Assembly (NCBI GenBank): GCA_018675635.1
Contig: JABGXU010000008.1
Span: forward strand, 76,107-140,106
DNA length: 64,000 bases
Direction of reading: 5' to 3'
Origin: Gammaproteobacteria bacterium
GTDB lineage: Bacteria > Pseudomonadota > Gammaproteobacteria > Poriferisulfidales > GCA-002705445
The stretch's first letter is position 1. The number at the start of each line of letters is the position of its first letter. The notes beneath the pieces are model-generated. The model saw nothing but the letters and a program-made list of their open reading frames with translations, ran no database searches and had not been told where the DNA came from. Of this stretch, positions 53,572 through 64,000 are shown piece after piece. Made by a program: the position numbers and the translations under genes.

Positions 53572-54342
53572 TTAGTTATTATCATCAATTTTATCAAATT
53601 CATTAGCGTTTGACTTACCTTTATTTTTATTTTTTGTTATCAAATAAGCGAGCAAAAGACCAACCTCGAAAAGTAGCCATATAGGGATAGCTAATAATAT
53701 TTGGGATATAACATCTGGAGGAGTAAGAATCATTCCAAATATAAAAGCAAATACAATTATGTAGGGTCTTTTTTTAGATAGGGATTTGACGTCACTAATA
53801 CCGAATAAAATTATAATTAAAGTTATAATTGGTACCTCAAAAGCAAGACCAAAAGCAAAAAATATTTTAATAACAAAATTTAGAAAACTGCTAATATCTG
53901 TTGAAATTTCTACGCCTTGAGGAGCAATACTAGTAAAAAAATTAAATACTAAAGGAAAAACAATATAATAAGCAAAAATAATTCCTAAATAAAACAACAG
54001 AGTACTAGAAATAAGTATAGGAGCTACAAATTTTTTTTCATTTTTGTAAAGACCCGGGGCTACAAAAGCCCAGAAATTATATATAGTAATAGGAAATGTA
54101 ATCGCTACAGATAGAACTAATATTAATTTAAATGGAGCTAAAAATGGTGAGGTTACGTCAACAGCTATCATGTTAGAGCCATCAGGCAAAACATTTAATA
54201 ATGGTAAAGCTAGAAAATTATATATTATATTAGCAAAAGGACTTAACGCAATAGCGCACACTATAATTGAAATTATAATAATAAGTAATCTATTTCTAAG
54301 CTCTAAAAGATGTGCTACAAGTGAGTTATTATTATTTTTCAT
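53572..54342 (-). CDS. tatC: twin-arginine translocase subunit TatC
   Basis: HLLELRNRLL followed by 6 TM. The track ORF reaches 54393 (62-nt overlap with tatB). The ATG at 54342 (M18) gives an 11-nt overlap and a normal TatC N-terminus. Confidence 0.92.
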   Translation of the reverse strand: MKNNNNSLVAHLLELRNRLLIIIISIIVCAIALSPFANIIYNFLALPLLNVLPDGSNMIAVDVTSPFLAPFKLILVLSVAITFPITIYNFWAFVAPGLYKNEKKFVAPILISSTLLFYLGIIFAYYIVFPLVFNFFTSIAPQGVEISTDISSFLNFVIKIFFAFGLAFEVPIITLIIILFGISDVKSLSKKRPYIIVFAFIFGMILTPPDVISQILLAIPIWLLFEVGLLLAYLITKNKNKGKSNANEFDKIDDNN

Positions 54343-54580
54343 CTGAATCAATAGTGTTTTTAATTTCAGATAGCTCTTCTTTTTGTTCGTCAATAATTTT
54401 TTTTAAATCACTCATTCTTGATTCATTTTCAATGTTTGTTTTAACATTGTTTGCGAAATCTTTTATTTTTTTTAACCATGAACCAAGTTGAGAAGCAAAT
54501 ATAGGAAGTCTTTCTGGACCTAAAACTATTAGGCTTATAATAAGAACAAGTGCAAGCTCCCAAAATCCAAAATCAAACAT
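54332..54580 (-). CDS. tatB: twin-arginine translocase subunit TatB
   Basis: MFDFGFWELALVLIISLIVLGPERLP start followed by an amphipathic helix. Confidence 0.88.
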   Translation of the reverse strand: MFDFGFWELALVLIISLIVLGPERLPIFASQLGSWLKKIKDFANNVKTNIENESRMSDLKKIIDEQKEELSEIKNTIDSDEK

Positions 54581-54596
54581 TAGCTGTTACCTTAAT

Positions 54597-54752
54597 TTAT
54601 TTTTTATCTGACTTTTCATTGCCAACTGATTTCTTAAAATTTTTTATGGCGCCACCAAGATCACCACCAATGTTTCTAAGCTTTTTTGTACCAAAAAGCA
54701 AAAGAACAATTGCTAAAATCAATAACAATGACCATATGCTTATTCCAGCCAT
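54597..54752 (-). CDS. tatA: twin-arginine translocase subunit TatA (51 aa, below track cutoff)
   Basis: Hand translation: [51 protein letters not shown]. Confidence 0.92.
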   Translation of the reverse strand: MAGISIWSLLLILAIVLLLFGTKKLRNIGGDLGGAIKNFKKSVGNEKSDKK

Positions 54753-54767
54753 TTTTATACTCCTATA

Positions 54768-55088
54768 TTATCCATCGTTTCTACTATTTTTTTCTGTAAT
54801 TCCAGACACACCAAATCTTTTTTCTAATTCTATCAATATATCATTTGAAGAAAGGTTTTTCATAGATAATGCTACTAAGCTGTGAAACCATAAGTCTGCG
54901 GCTTCAGATATAATTCTTTCATTGTTTTCATTTTTTAATGCATTAATTAGTTCATTTGATTCTTCTTTTACTTTATTACATGTGTGGTCAAGGCCCTTTT
55001 CACATAAGGAAGCTACATATGATTCTTTAGCGTTTTCATTTTTTCTTTCATTTATCACAGAATTTAATTTTTTTAATATGTCAGTCAT
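54768..55088 (-). CDS. hisE: phosphoribosyl-ATP pyrophosphatase (monofunctional)
   Basis: 106 aa. SYVASL..KG......KVKEESNELI....EAADLWFHSLV pattern. Position between hisF and tatA. Confidence 0.88.
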   Translation of the reverse strand: MTDILKKLNSVINERKNENAKESYVASLCEKGLDHTCNKVKEESNELINALKNENNERIISEAADLWFHSLVALSMKNLSSNDILIELEKRFGVSGITEKNSRNDG

Positions 55089-55864
55089 TATGTAATTCTC
55101 ACATTAATACCTTTTTTTGATAAATAATTCTTAACCTCTTGAACTGTGTAGGTCCCAAAATGGAATATACTTGCAGCAAGAACTGCATCTGCTTGGCCAA
55201 TACTTATCCCTTCATATAAATGATCAAGATTACCTACACCGCCACTAGCTATAATTGGTATATTTACTTTATTATTAATAGCTTGCATTAATTCTAGGTC
55301 AAATCCTTCTTTTGTTCCATCTTTATCCATACTGGTTACAAGTAATTCTCCAGCACCTCTATTTTCCATATTTTCAGCCCACTCTATAGCATTAATTCCA
55401 GTTGGATTTCGTCCTCCATGAGTATAGATTTCCCATTCTAATTTATTGGATGTATTGATGGTTCTTTTTGCGTCTATAGCAACAACAATACATTGATTGC
55501 CAACAGCCTGGCTTGCCTCAGATATAAGGGCAGGATTATTAATAGCAGCTGTGTTTATTGTAATTTTATCGGCCCCAGAATTTAATAATGATCTAATATC
55601 ACTTACTGAGCTTATTCCTCCACCAACAGTTAGCGGAATAAAAACTTGAGATGCAACTTTTTCAACAACATTTAGAATAGTTTTCCTTTTATCTGAACTA
55701 GCAGTTATATCTAGAAAAGTTATTTCGTCAGCTCCTTGGTCATTATATTTTTTTGCTACTTCAACAGGGTCGCCTGCATCTTTTATATTTACGAATTTTA
55801 TACCTTTAACAACTCTTCCGTTATCAACATCAAGACAAGGTATTATTCTTTTAGTAACTGTCAT
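55088..55864 (-). CDS. hisF: imidazole glycerol phosphate synthase cyclase subunit
   Basis: [26 protein letters not shown]. Confidence 0.96.
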   Translation of the reverse strand: MTVTKRIIPCLDVDNGRVVKGIKFVNIKDAGDPVEVAKKYNDQGADEITFLDITASSDKRKTILNVVEKVASQVFIPLTVGGGISSVSDIRSLLNSGADKITINTAAINNPALISEASQAVGNQCIVVAIDAKRTINTSNKLEWEIYTHGGRNPTGINAIEWAENMENRGAGELLVTSMDKDGTKEGFDLELMQAINNKVNIPIIASGGVGNLDHLYEGISIGQADAVLAASIFHFGTYTVQEVKNYLSKKGINVRIT

Positions 55865-55867
55865 AAT

Positions 55868-56596
55868 TTAATTTTCAAATATTTTTTTTGCTTCCTTAAT
55901 ATTTATTTTGTTTTCGTAAAGAGCTCTTCCAATTATGATACCTGAAATACCAGAATTTACATAAGAGCTAATTTTATGAATATCTTCAATGCAGCTAACT
56001 CCGCCTGATGCGATAATTGGTATATTTACACTTTTAGCAAGATTTACTGTAGCTTCTATATTTAGCCCTTTCATCATTCCGTCTTTTTCTATATCGGTAT
56101 AAACTATTTCTGATACCCCAAAATTTTCAAATTCTTTTGCTAAATTTATCGCGGTAACATTAGATATAGATTTCCATCCTTTTGTGGCAACTTCACCATT
56201 TTTAGCATCGATACCAACAATAATATTTCCAGGAAACTTCCTGCAAAGCTCTTTAACAAAATCTGGATCTTCAACTGCTTTTGTGCCAATAATTATAAAA
56301 CTTGCCCCAGATTTTAAATATTTTTCAGCAGTTATAATGTCTCTAATTCCGCCGCCAATTTGAATTGGTATACTTGGAAATTCTTGGCATATATTAGAAA
56401 TAATATTAATATTAACTGGATTTCCAAGCCTAGCACCATCAAGGTCTACCAAGTGAATCCTCTCAGCCCCATGATCTATCCATTTTTTTGCTGTCTCTAA
56501 TGGGTTGCTATTAAATATAGTTTCTTTAGTAAAATCACCTTGTCTTAATCTAACGCAATTTCCATTTTGTATATCAATAGCAGGTATTATTTTCAT
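55868..56596 (-). CDS. hisA: ProFAR isomerase
   Basis: [38 protein letters not shown]. Confidence 0.95.
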   Translation of the reverse strand: MKIIPAIDIQNGNCVRLRQGDFTKETIFNSNPLETAKKWIDHGAERIHLVDLDGARLGNPVNINIISNICQEFPSIPIQIGGGIRDIITAEKYLKSGASFIIIGTKAVEDPDFVKELCRKFPGNIIVGIDAKNGEVATKGWKSISNVTAINLAKEFENFGVSEIVYTDIEKDGMMKGLNIEATVNLAKSVNIPIIASGGVSCIEDIHKISSYVNSGISGIIIGRALYENKINIKEAKKIFEN

Positions 56597-56601
56597 TATG
56601 A

Positions 56602-57225
56602 TTAATTAATTCGTATAAAGTTTTTTAAAAACTGCAATCCTACGTCAGAACTTTTTTCAGGATGCCCTTGTATAGCAATAATATTATTTTTTGCAATTAC
56701 AGAACTAAATATTTTTCCATATTCAGTTTCACCAATTATAGTAGATTTCTCTAGTGGATTTATATAATAACTATGCACAAAGTAAAAAAATGATCCGTCT
56801 TTTATATTATGCCAAATAGGGTGATCATTTTTTTTTATAATTTTATTCCATCCCATGTGTGGAATTTTTATCTTATTATTTTTTTGTGATTTAAGTTTTT
56901 CAACTTTACCTTTTATTACGCTTAAACATTGAGTGCCGTTATTTTCATCGCTGAAATCCATTAGAACTTGCATGCCCATACATATTCCCAAAAAAGGCTT
57001 TTCTTTGGAATTTTTTTTTATTACTCCTTCTAATTTTTTTTCATAAATAGACTTCATGCAGTTTTTTGCCGCACCCTGCCCAGGAAAAATAATTTTGTCA
57101 GAATTGTCAATTTCTACAGCATTGGAAGAAACAATAACTTTTTCATTTGGCGCAATATATTCAATAGCTTTTACAACAGAGCTTAAATTGCTCATTCCAT
57201 AATCTATAATAGCAATGGTTTTCAA
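56602..57225 (-). CDS. hisH: imidazole glycerol phosphate synthase glutaminase subunit
   Basis: IAIIDYGMSNLSSV, GICMGMQ (catalytic Cys), GHPEKS. Confidence 0.95.
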   Translation of the reverse strand: MKTIAIIDYGMSNLSSVVKAIEYIAPNEKVIVSSNAVEIDNSDKIIFPGQGAAKNCMKSIYEKKLEGVIKKNSKEKPFLGICMGMQVLMDFSDENNGTQCLSVIKGKVEKLKSQKNNKIKIPHMGWNKIIKKNDHPIWHNIKDGSFFYFVHSYYINPLEKSTIIGETEYGKIFSSVIAKNNIIAIQGHPEKSSDVGLQFLKNFIRIN

Positions 57226-57240
57226 TTTATGGCCTGTAGT

Positions 57241-57837
57241 TTAGAGAACGCCTTTTGTAGAAGGCGGTTTATTCCCATTGTTTGAAAAGTCTCTTTGTTT
57301 TGCATATTTGAATGCTCTCCCAAAAGCTTTAAATATTGTTTCAGCTATATGATGTCCGTTTTCACCTTTTAGATTATCAATATGAAGAGTAACCATTGCA
57401 TGATTACAAAAACCTTGAAAAAACTCATGAATTAAATCTACATCAAAGCCATTAATATTTTGTCTCGGATATGAGGCGACATATTCTAAACCAGGGCGGC
57501 CAGAAAAATCTATGACAACTCTTGATAACGCTTCATCTAATGGAACATATGCATGTCCGTATCTATTAATTCCTTCTTTGCCTCCAATGGCTTTTTCAAA
57601 TGCTTGGCCAAAACATATGCCAATATCTTCGACGGTATGATGAGCATCAACCTGCAAGTCACCTTTTGCTTTAATAACTAGATCTATTGAGCCATGTTTG
57701 CATATTTGTTCTAACATATGTTCAAAAAATGGCATTCCTGTAGTTATTTGGCTTATTCCAGAGCCATCAATGTTCAGACTTAACTCTATGTCTGTTTCAT
57801 TAGTTTTTCTCTTAATTGTTGCTTCTCTTTTGTCCAT
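57241..57837 (-). CDS. hisB: imidazoleglycerol-phosphate dehydratase (monofunctional)
   Basis: [28 protein letters not shown]. Confidence 0.95.
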   Translation of the reverse strand: MDKREATIKRKTNETDIELSLNIDGSGISQITTGMPFFEHMLEQICKHGSIDLVIKAKGDLQVDAHHTVEDIGICFGQAFEKAIGGKEGINRYGHAYVPLDEALSRVVIDFSGRPGLEYVASYPRQNINGFDVDLIHEFFQGFCNHAMVTLHIDNLKGENGHHIAETIFKAFGRAFKYAKQRDFSNNGNKPPSTKGVL

Positions 57838-57896
57838 TATTTGTAAAAATATATTAAAAGTTGAGTATAATTAAATTTTTGTACAATATACACTAA

Positions 57897-58784
57897 ATGA
57901 TGATAATTAACCTAATACAAAAAATTTGTCTAATTTTACTTAGTTTTTGCGGATTAAGAATAACCCATGGTTTAGCAAATATAATCGCAATTATTTTCTT
58001 TTCAAGAAAAAGTAAAAAGTATTCTGTGGCATACAAAAATTTAAGCATTTGTTTTCCTGATAAGCCACATAGCTGGGTAGATAATATTGCATATGAAAGT
58101 TTAAAAGAATATATAAAATCTATACTTGAAGCACCATATATCTGGAGAGTGTCAAAAAAACAAATAGATGTTTTCATTAATAAAATTTATGCAGAAGATA
58201 TAATTGATAACGCTATAAAAGAAAATAAGGGAGTTATATTTATGACGCCTCATCATGGGTCTTGGGAACTAAGTGGATTAGTAGCTGCAAGTAAAATTAA
58301 TACGTATACAATGGTTAAGCCCTTAAGAAATAAAATTTTAAATAGATTTGTTTTGTCAGGTAGAAAAGCTAAGGGTTCAATTTTAGTAGAGACAAATAAT
58401 GCGGGAGTAAAGTCGTTGTTAAAAGCATTAAAAAACAAAAATGGAATAGGGATTTTGCCAGATCATACTCCTAAAATTAATCAAGGAGTAATGTCTAATT
58501 TTTTTAATGTTCCTGTTAACACAAACACCTTAATTCATAAGCTGTCAAAAAAAAATAAAGTGCCAATTATATATATTTTTTCGGAGAGACTTTCATGGGG
58601 GAGAGGGTTTAATATCCATGTTGGATTAGTTGATCAGTTATTTTATGATTTAGATGAAGTTAAGGCTGCAGGTTTATTAAATAAAACATTAGAAGGTTTA
58701 GTTATGAGAAATATTACTCAATATCAATGGTCGTATGAACGTTTTAGAAATAGAAGCGGAGTTAAGGAAAGTATTTATAATTGA
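57897..58784 (+). CDS. lipid A biosynthesis late acyltransferase (LpxL/LpxM/LpxP family)
   Basis: N-terminal anchor, catalytic HHGSWE (Hx4E) motif. 295 aa. Confidence 0.85.
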   Translation: MMIINLIQKICLILLSFCGLRITHGLANIIAIIFFSRKSKKYSVAYKNLSICFPDKPHSWVDNIAYESLKEYIKSILEAPYIWRVSKKQIDVFINKIYAEDIIDNAIKENKGVIFMTPHHGSWELSGLVAASKINTYTMVKPLRNKILNRFVLSGRKAKGSILVETNNAGVKSLLKALKNKNGIGILPDHTPKINQGVMSNFFNVPVNTNTLIHKLSKKNKVPIIYIFSERLSWGRGFNIHVGLVDQLFYDLDEVKAAGLLNKTLEGLVMRNITQYQWSYERFRNRSGVKESIYN

Positions 58785-58790
58785 TATTAA

Positions 58791-60236
58791 TTATTTTTTC
58801 CAGAAATCCGGTGTAAAAATAACTAACAAGGTAAATATTTCTAGTCTCCCAACAATCATACTAAAAGATAAAATCCATTTATTAATGTCAGATATGCTTG
58901 CATAATTTAAAAGAACTTCTCCTTGCCCAGGGCCTAAATTATTAATAGTGGCAGCTACAGCTGAAAAAGAAGTTATAAAATCTAAGCCTGAAAGCATCAA
59001 AAGAAGCATTACAGTTAAAAAAACAAAAACATATATAGCAAAAAACCCCCATATAGTTTCAAGTGTTCTTTCATTAATTGCTGTATTCCCAACTTTTATT
59101 TTTATTTTAGAATTTGGGTGTATTAATCTTCTTAACTCTCTATAACCTTGCTTAAGTAAAAGCATAACTCTAATAACTTTCATTCCCCCAGCAGTTGAGC
59201 CAGCACATCCGCCAATAAAACTAAATAATATTAATAGAATCGGAAGAAATCCAACAAAATTTACATAATTTGTATTAGTAAATCCTGTAGTAGTAGCTAT
59301 AGAAATTGCATAAAAACCACTCTTAATAATTTCTCTGGTATTCATTTCAGCAGAATTACTATAAATATAAGAAATACATAAAAAAGATATAAGGCCCATT
59401 AGAAATAAGAAAAAATAAGCTTCATTATCATTTCTGTATGGAGAAATTGTTTTGTTTTTAAAAGCTAGATAATGCAGACTAAAATTTAAACACGCGGCAA
59501 TCATAAAGAATATGGCAATTAATTCTATCCATTGATTATCGTAATAACCAAAGCTTGCGGCGTGAGTTGAAAAACCACCTATAGCTATAGTAGAGAAACT
59601 ATGGCATATCGAATCAAATATATTCATGCCGGCAAAGTAATAACTTATTGCGCAAAGAAATGTCATTAATAAGTAAACTATCCATAACCATTTTGCTGTT
59701 TCGGTAATTCTTGGTGTAAGTTTATTTTTTATAGGACCTGCAACTTCAGCTTTGTAAAGCTGCATTCCGCCAACCCCTAACATTGGTAAAACAGCTACGG
59801 CAAGCACAATTATTCCAAGACCCCCAAGCCACTGTAGATACTGTCTGTAGAATAATATAGATTTTGGCAGGTCATCTATGTTTATTAAAATTGTAGCACC
59901 AGTTGTAGTTAAACCAGATATAGATTCAAAAATAGCATTAGTAATTGATATATTAAGTGAACTGCTCAATAACAAAGGCAATGACCCAAATGAGCTAAGT
60001 ACAAACCAAAATAAAACTACAATAATAAATCCGTCTCTTAACTTTAGATCAGTTTTTGCTTGCATGGCTGGCAACCAAAGTAAAAGACCAGATACAAATA
60101 TTAGAATAAACGCGTAAAAGAAAGGCCATGTCTCATTGTCTTGATATATTATACTAACAAGAATTGGCGGTATTATAGCCAAGCTAAATAGCATTAATAA
60201 TAAGCCGAGTATTCTAATTACAGATTTTATTTGCAT
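58791..60236 (-). CDS. trkH: Trk-type potassium uptake protein TrkH
   Basis: 481 aa polytopic. Repeated pore-loop TTTGF/TIAIGGF-type segments. Adjacent to trkA. Confidence 0.92.
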   Translation of the reverse strand: MQIKSVIRILGLLLMLFSLAIIPPILVSIIYQDNETWPFFYAFILIFVSGLLLWLPAMQAKTDLKLRDGFIIVVLFWFVLSSFGSLPLLLSSSLNISITNAIFESISGLTTTGATILINIDDLPKSILFYRQYLQWLGGLGIIVLAVAVLPMLGVGGMQLYKAEVAGPIKNKLTPRITETAKWLWIVYLLMTFLCAISYYFAGMNIFDSICHSFSTIAIGGFSTHAASFGYYDNQWIELIAIFFMIAACLNFSLHYLAFKNKTISPYRNDNEAYFFLFLMGLISFLCISYIYSNSAEMNTREIIKSGFYAISIATTTGFTNTNYVNFVGFLPILLILFSFIGGCAGSTAGGMKVIRVMLLLKQGYRELRRLIHPNSKIKIKVGNTAINERTLETIWGFFAIYVFVFLTVMLLLMLSGLDFITSFSAVAATINNLGPGQGEVLLNYASISDINKWILSFSMIVGRLEIFTLLVIFTPDFWKK

Positions 60237-60311
60237 TATATTATACTTATTTTAGTCCGCTAATCGTTTTTTTAATGGTTCCTTTAAAAATTCTATTATA
60301 TTTTTATTGTT

Positions 60312-61661
60312 TTATTCAAATAGATCTTCTATTTGTTTTACATCTTTTTTATTCACAAGACAAACCAAATGGTCATCTTGTTCTAAAAGAGTATTAGAAG
60401 TATCAAATATAAAATTATTATTTCTAATAATACAGCATATAATTGTGTTTTCAGATAAATTAATTTGTTCGATATGCTTTCCTAAAACCTTTGTTTTTTC
60501 TGTATCTCTAACTTCTAACTCTAATAACTCTAATAAACCGCGCATTAACGAATGAGCTTTAAGAATGCTTCCTTTTCTTACATGTGTTAACAATGCACCC
60601 ATAGTTAGATCTTGTGGTGATATAGCAATATCAATTTTTTGTTTTTCAACAAGATCAGAATAACTTATTTTATTGATAATACAGATCACCGTTTTGGCCC
60701 CAAGTTTTTTAGCAAGCATTGCAGATAAAATATTATCTTCATCGTCATTTGTAAGGGCGCAGAATACATCCATATGCTCAATATTTTCTTCTAATAGAAC
60801 ATCTTCATTAGATGAATCAGCATTTATTACTGTAACATCATCAATAAATTCAGATAAATGATTGGCTCTTTCTTCATTTGACTCAATTACTTTGACTTGA
60901 TAGTTACTGCTTATGCTTTCTGATAGGTGTTTACCAACATTGCCACCACCGGCAATCATAATCCTTTTATTAACTTTATTATTTTTAAAAACTTTAGTAA
61001 TGTCTCCTATATTTTCTTCTTTACATATAAATAATAATTCGTCTCCACTTTGTAAAATATCATCTTTATCTTCTTCTATTGAAAATAATTGGTCTTGTCT
61101 AATAAAAGCACACAATTTTGCGTTAAACTTTTCACATATAGTTTTGTAATACTTTATTGAACTTTCTAAATCTTCATTGGCGTTATAAATTATATTTATT
61201 AAGCAATCGTTAGGATCATAAAAATTAAATACCTGATGTGTTCCTTTAAATAAAATTAATTTTTTTATATAACTAGAAACTATAAGATCTGGACTAATTG
61301 TGAAATCAATAGGTGTTGATTCATCCGCGAATAAATTTTCATAATTTAAGTATTCTAAATCCCTAATTCTTGCAATTTTTTTGCTTATACCAAATACAGT
61401 ATATGCAACTTGACAAGCAATCATGTTTGTTTCGTCACTATTAGAAACTGCAACAATCATTTCGGCTTTATGAGCACCAGCTGCTTCAAGTATTCTCGGA
61501 TGCGCGCCATTACCATGAATAGTTTGAAGATCAACTTTATCAGCAATATTATCTAAAAGATCAGCACTTTTATCTATTAAAGTGACATCGTTGCCTTCTT
61601 TTACTAGGTTTAATGATAAGGAGCTTCCAACCTGTCCAGCTCCTACAATTATAATTTTCAT
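60312..61661 (-). CDS. trkA: Trk system NAD-binding component TrkA
   Basis: Two Rossmann/RCK modules (GAGQVG, GGGNVG). 449 aa. Confidence 0.93.
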   Translation of the reverse strand: MKIIIVGAGQVGSSLSLNLVKEGNDVTLIDKSADLLDNIADKVDLQTIHGNGAHPRILEAAGAHKAEMIVAVSNSDETNMIACQVAYTVFGISKKIARIRDLEYLNYENLFADESTPIDFTISPDLIVSSYIKKLILFKGTHQVFNFYDPNDCLINIIYNANEDLESSIKYYKTICEKFNAKLCAFIRQDQLFSIEEDKDDILQSGDELLFICKEENIGDITKVFKNNKVNKRIMIAGGGNVGKHLSESISSNYQVKVIESNEERANHLSEFIDDVTVINADSSNEDVLLEENIEHMDVFCALTNDDEDNILSAMLAKKLGAKTVICIINKISYSDLVEKQKIDIAISPQDLTMGALLTHVRKGSILKAHSLMRGLLELLELEVRDTEKTKVLGKHIEQINLSENTIICCIIRNNNFIFDTSNTLLEQDDHLVCLVNKKDVKQIEDLFE

Positions 61662-61709
61662 ATTATGTAAGCATTATAAAGTAAATATTAAAAATTCATA
61701 AACATTAGT

Positions 61710-62642
61710 TTATTCAAAATTTTTCCCTTTTAAATCAGTAGAATTTATAAAATTTTGAGCATCTATTACTCTAGCGTTATCCTTTTGTAGTTTTTTTATT
61801 ATTAATAATCCGTCCTTTGTAAAAACTTCTATATGTTTATCTTTAATTGATTTTATATGCCCAGGTATTCCATTAATTTTTAATTCCCTATATTCGCTTT
61901 CATGAATTCTTATTCTTTCTCCAGATAAAAGTGTTTCGGCAACTGGCCAATAATTAAAAGCCATAATTTTTTTATGAATTTTTATAGCAGTTTCTTCCCA
62001 ATTGATTTTTGCCTCTTCTTTTGTAATTTTTTTTGCATAAGTAGCTAGTTTTTCATCCTGAGGGTGCAACATAAAATTACTTTCCAAAATAGATTCTAGT
62101 GTTAATAAAAGAGCATCAATACCTATATTAGTAAATTTCTCATGCATGGATATGGATGAATCATTATCGCCAATGGAAATTGGTTCTTGATATATTATGT
62201 CTCCTTTATCAAGCTCTTTTGTTATTTGCATTATTGATATTCCTGATAATTTGTCGCCAGCTTCTATTGCTCTTTGAATTGGCGCAGCTCCTCGCCATCT
62301 TGGGAGTAATGATGGATGAACATTTATGCAACCATATTTAGATACAGACATAAATTCTTTTGTAAGAAGTAATCCGTATGCAACAACAACGACTATATCT
62401 GGGTTTATTTCTATCAAAGCATCAGTTTCTTTTATAGATATTTTTTCAGGTTGTCTAATATTAATATTATTAGATTGTGCAGTATTTCTCACAGGACTGT
62501 GTGTGAACTTTAAGCCTCTTCCAGATCTTTTGCTTGGCTGTGTAAATACAGCAGCAACATCGTGCTTTGATTTTATAAGTGCAGATAAATAACTTTCTGC
62601 AAATTGCGGTGTTCCTGCAAACACAATTTTTAATTTGTTCAT
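61710..62642 (-). CDS. fmt: methionyl-tRNA formyltransferase
   Basis: FAGTPQFA, NVHPSLLPRWRGAAPIQRAI. Confidence 0.96.
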   Translation of the reverse strand: MNKLKIVFAGTPQFAESYLSALIKSKHDVAAVFTQPSKRSGRGLKFTHSPVRNTAQSNNINIRQPEKISIKETDALIEINPDIVVVVAYGLLLTKEFMSVSKYGCINVHPSLLPRWRGAAPIQRAIEAGDKLSGISIMQITKELDKGDIIYQEPISIGDNDSSISMHEKFTNIGIDALLLTLESILESNFMLHPQDEKLATYAKKITKEEAKINWEETAIKIHKKIMAFNYWPVAETLLSGERIRIHESEYRELKINGIPGHIKSIKDKHIEVFTKDGLLIIKKLQKDNARVIDAQNFINSTDLKGKNFE

Positions 62643-62655
62643 TTTAATTAGATTG

Positions 62656-63204
62656 TTATATTACCGATTTATAGTTAGGAATGTCTTTTCTTGAGAAAAG
62701 TGTTCCTTCCTTTTTGAGTTTAGTGATTTTTTTCTTAATTCTATCTCTTTTTAAGGTTGATATGTGGTCAACAAAAAGCTTTCCATTTAGATGGTCGATT
62801 TCATGTTGTATACAAGTTGATAAGAGGCCATCAGTTTCAAGCATAATCTCTTTGCCATCATAATTTAATGTGGAGACTTTAATATCTTTGGGTCTAGTTA
62901 CATTTTCGTAGAAGCCCGGCACCGACAGACATCCCTCTTCCATGCTATCTGTATCCTCAGATAGAAGTAGTATTTTAGGGTTTATTAAACAAACTTTTTC
63001 ATTTTTATTTTCGGAAACATCAATTACAATAATTCTTTTATGAATATTTACTTGAGTCGCAGCTAACCCTATACCCTTTTCTTCGTACATTGTAAAAAAC
63101 ATTTGATCAATAATATCTTTTATTTCTTGGTCTACTTTTTCAACAGATTTAGCTATTTTTCTTAGCCTTTTATCTGGGAAATGCAGAACTTCTAATTTAT
63201 TCAT
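62656..63204 (-). CDS. def: peptide deformylase
   Basis: GIGLAATQV, EGCLSVPG, HEIDHLNG. Confidence 0.97.
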   Translation of the reverse strand: MNKLEVLHFPDKRLRKIAKSVEKVDQEIKDIIDQMFFTMYEEKGIGLAATQVNIHKRIIVIDVSENKNEKVCLINPKILLLSEDTDSMEEGCLSVPGFYENVTRPKDIKVSTLNYDGKEIMLETDGLLSTCIQHEIDHLNGKLFVDHISTLKRDRIKKKITKLKKEGTLFSRKDIPNYKSVI

Positions 63205-63415
63205 TGCTATACTAGGTATTTTATAATTATAGTAATTATACTATTCTTCGGTTAATTGTGTAAAATTTAAGCAATATTTTGAAAAAACTATTATATTTTA
63301 TTCTTTCTATCTTTGACTAAATAAGAACAATGTATTAATGTTAAAAAGATAACATTATTTTAAAAAGATATAATTTATTTTATTATTATAAATCAACTAC
63401 TTAAGGATAGCCATT

Positions 63416-63892
63416 ATGAAAGAAACCATTTTAGATGTTCTAATGTATATGTTTCAAAGTTATGTTGAAGATAATGAGGAAGTAGAGCTTGATAAAGAAT
63501 CTTTGTATAAAAACCTTTCTGAAGCTGGATTTGCTGCTCAAAATATTGAGAGAGCATTTGCTTGGCTTGAAGGGTTACCTGGCGTAGATGAAAGTTCTTT
63601 ATTAAATAAGCCCACCAAAAATAGTTTTAGACTTTTTAGCGATGTAGAACTTAAAAAAATTGGAGAAGAAGGTTTAAGTTTCTTAATGTTTTTAGAAAGA
63701 TTAGGAATTTTCCATGGCGAGATAAGAGAGCATGTTATTGACAGAATAATGGCTTTAGATACCCAAAGTGTCGATTTGAGTCAAATTAGATGGGTTGTTT
63801 TAATGATATTGTTCAATACGCCAGGTAATGAGAGTAGTTATACCTGGTTACAAAATCTAAATTCAGACAAAGCATTGCCTTATATTCACTAG
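63416..63892 (+). CDS. smg: Smg protein (DUF494)
   Basis: ILDVLMYMFQSY start. 158 aa. Position upstream of topA and divergent from def. Confidence 0.85.
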   Translation: MKETILDVLMYMFQSYVEDNEEVELDKESLYKNLSEAGFAAQNIERAFAWLEGLPGVDESSLLNKPTKNSFRLFSDVELKKIGEEGLSFLMFLERLGIFHGEIREHVIDRIMALDTQSVDLSQIRWVVLMILFNTPGNESSYTWLQNLNSDKALPYIH

Positions 63893-63927
63893 TAAATAAA
63901 AATTATTTTTAGGAGTTAGGTTTGATT

Positions 63928-64000
63928 ATGAGCGAGAATTTAGTAATTGTTGAATCCCCTGCAAAATCAAAAACTATTGAAAAATATTTAGGAGATAGTT
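63928..64000 (+). CDS. topA: DNA topoisomerase I, first 24 codons (continues beyond the window)
   Basis: MSENLVIVESPAKSKTIEKYLGDS is the canonical Toprim N-terminus. AGGAG lies 9-13 nt upstream. Confidence 0.85.
   Translation, partial: MSENLVIVESPAKSKTIEKYLGDS

Noticed and set aside
54332-54393. 62-nt overlap between the tatB and tatC track ORFs, considered as a frameshift or fusion signal.
   Set aside because: An internal ATG at 54342 gives a normal TatC N-terminus (MKNNNNSLVAHLLELRNRLL) with only an 11-nt overlap. The longer ORF is just upstream open frame.
57893-58177. 94-aa minus-strand ORF opposite the 5' end of the lpxL-family gene.
   Set aside because: It fully overlaps a gene with a clear Hx4E acyltransferase motif. 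It would also leave no promoter space for hisB. No motif found.

Overview
AT-rich, very gene-dense chromosomal segment (many gaps of 1-12 nt or overlaps of 1-8 nt) with gammaproteobacterial gene order, centred on the replication-origin region. Transcription diverges at about 38.5 kb. rpmH-rnpA-yidD-yidC-mnmE-mnmG-rsmG-parA-parB-atpIBEFHAGDC-glmU-glmS run leftward on the minus strand. dnaA-dnaN-recF-gyrB-prlC-xthA run rightward on the plus strand. Two perfect inverted DnaA boxes sit in the rpmH-dnaA spacer, and two parS palindromes are embedded in the recF coding sequence. The left part (1-16 kb) holds the glnA 3' end, class-1 pyrD, gpsA, grxC, a rhodanese, an ArsR-family regulator, ctpA, dksA, pseudoazurin, trpS, a ferritin-like gene, MOSC, ABC-F, DoxX and ppc. 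An accessory-looking stretch follows at 16-20.5 kb: DsrC/TusE-like, PrsW, HIT, a second rhodanese, MazG-like and small membrane ORFs. The right part (47-64 kb) holds an orphan ParA-like ATPase, a lipoprotein, a porin, gpmI, tatABC, hisBHAFE, an lpxL-family acyltransferase, trkHA, fmt-def, smg and the start of topA. I saw no rRNA, tRNA, CRISPR array, transposase, integrase or recognisable defence island. There is no unmistakable new multi-gene system. The best candidates for follow-up are: (1) a HIT hydrolase translationally coupled to a free-standing sigma-70 region-1.1-like mini-protein next to PrsW; (2) a glnA-linked 93-aa ORF that equals only the DNA-binding tail of NtrC; (3) a two-Cys BigR/SqrR-like ArsR heading a rhodanese-glutaredoxin string; (4) a DsrC/TusE homologue lacking the terminal catalytic Cys; (5) a Cys-depleted DksA. 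Four ORFs below the 60-aa track cutoff are added by hand translation: rpmH, tatA, a DUF1674/SDHAF4-like ORF and a pair of small membrane ORFs after glmS. All domain calls come from reading the translations by eye against remembered family signatures. No search or computation was run.
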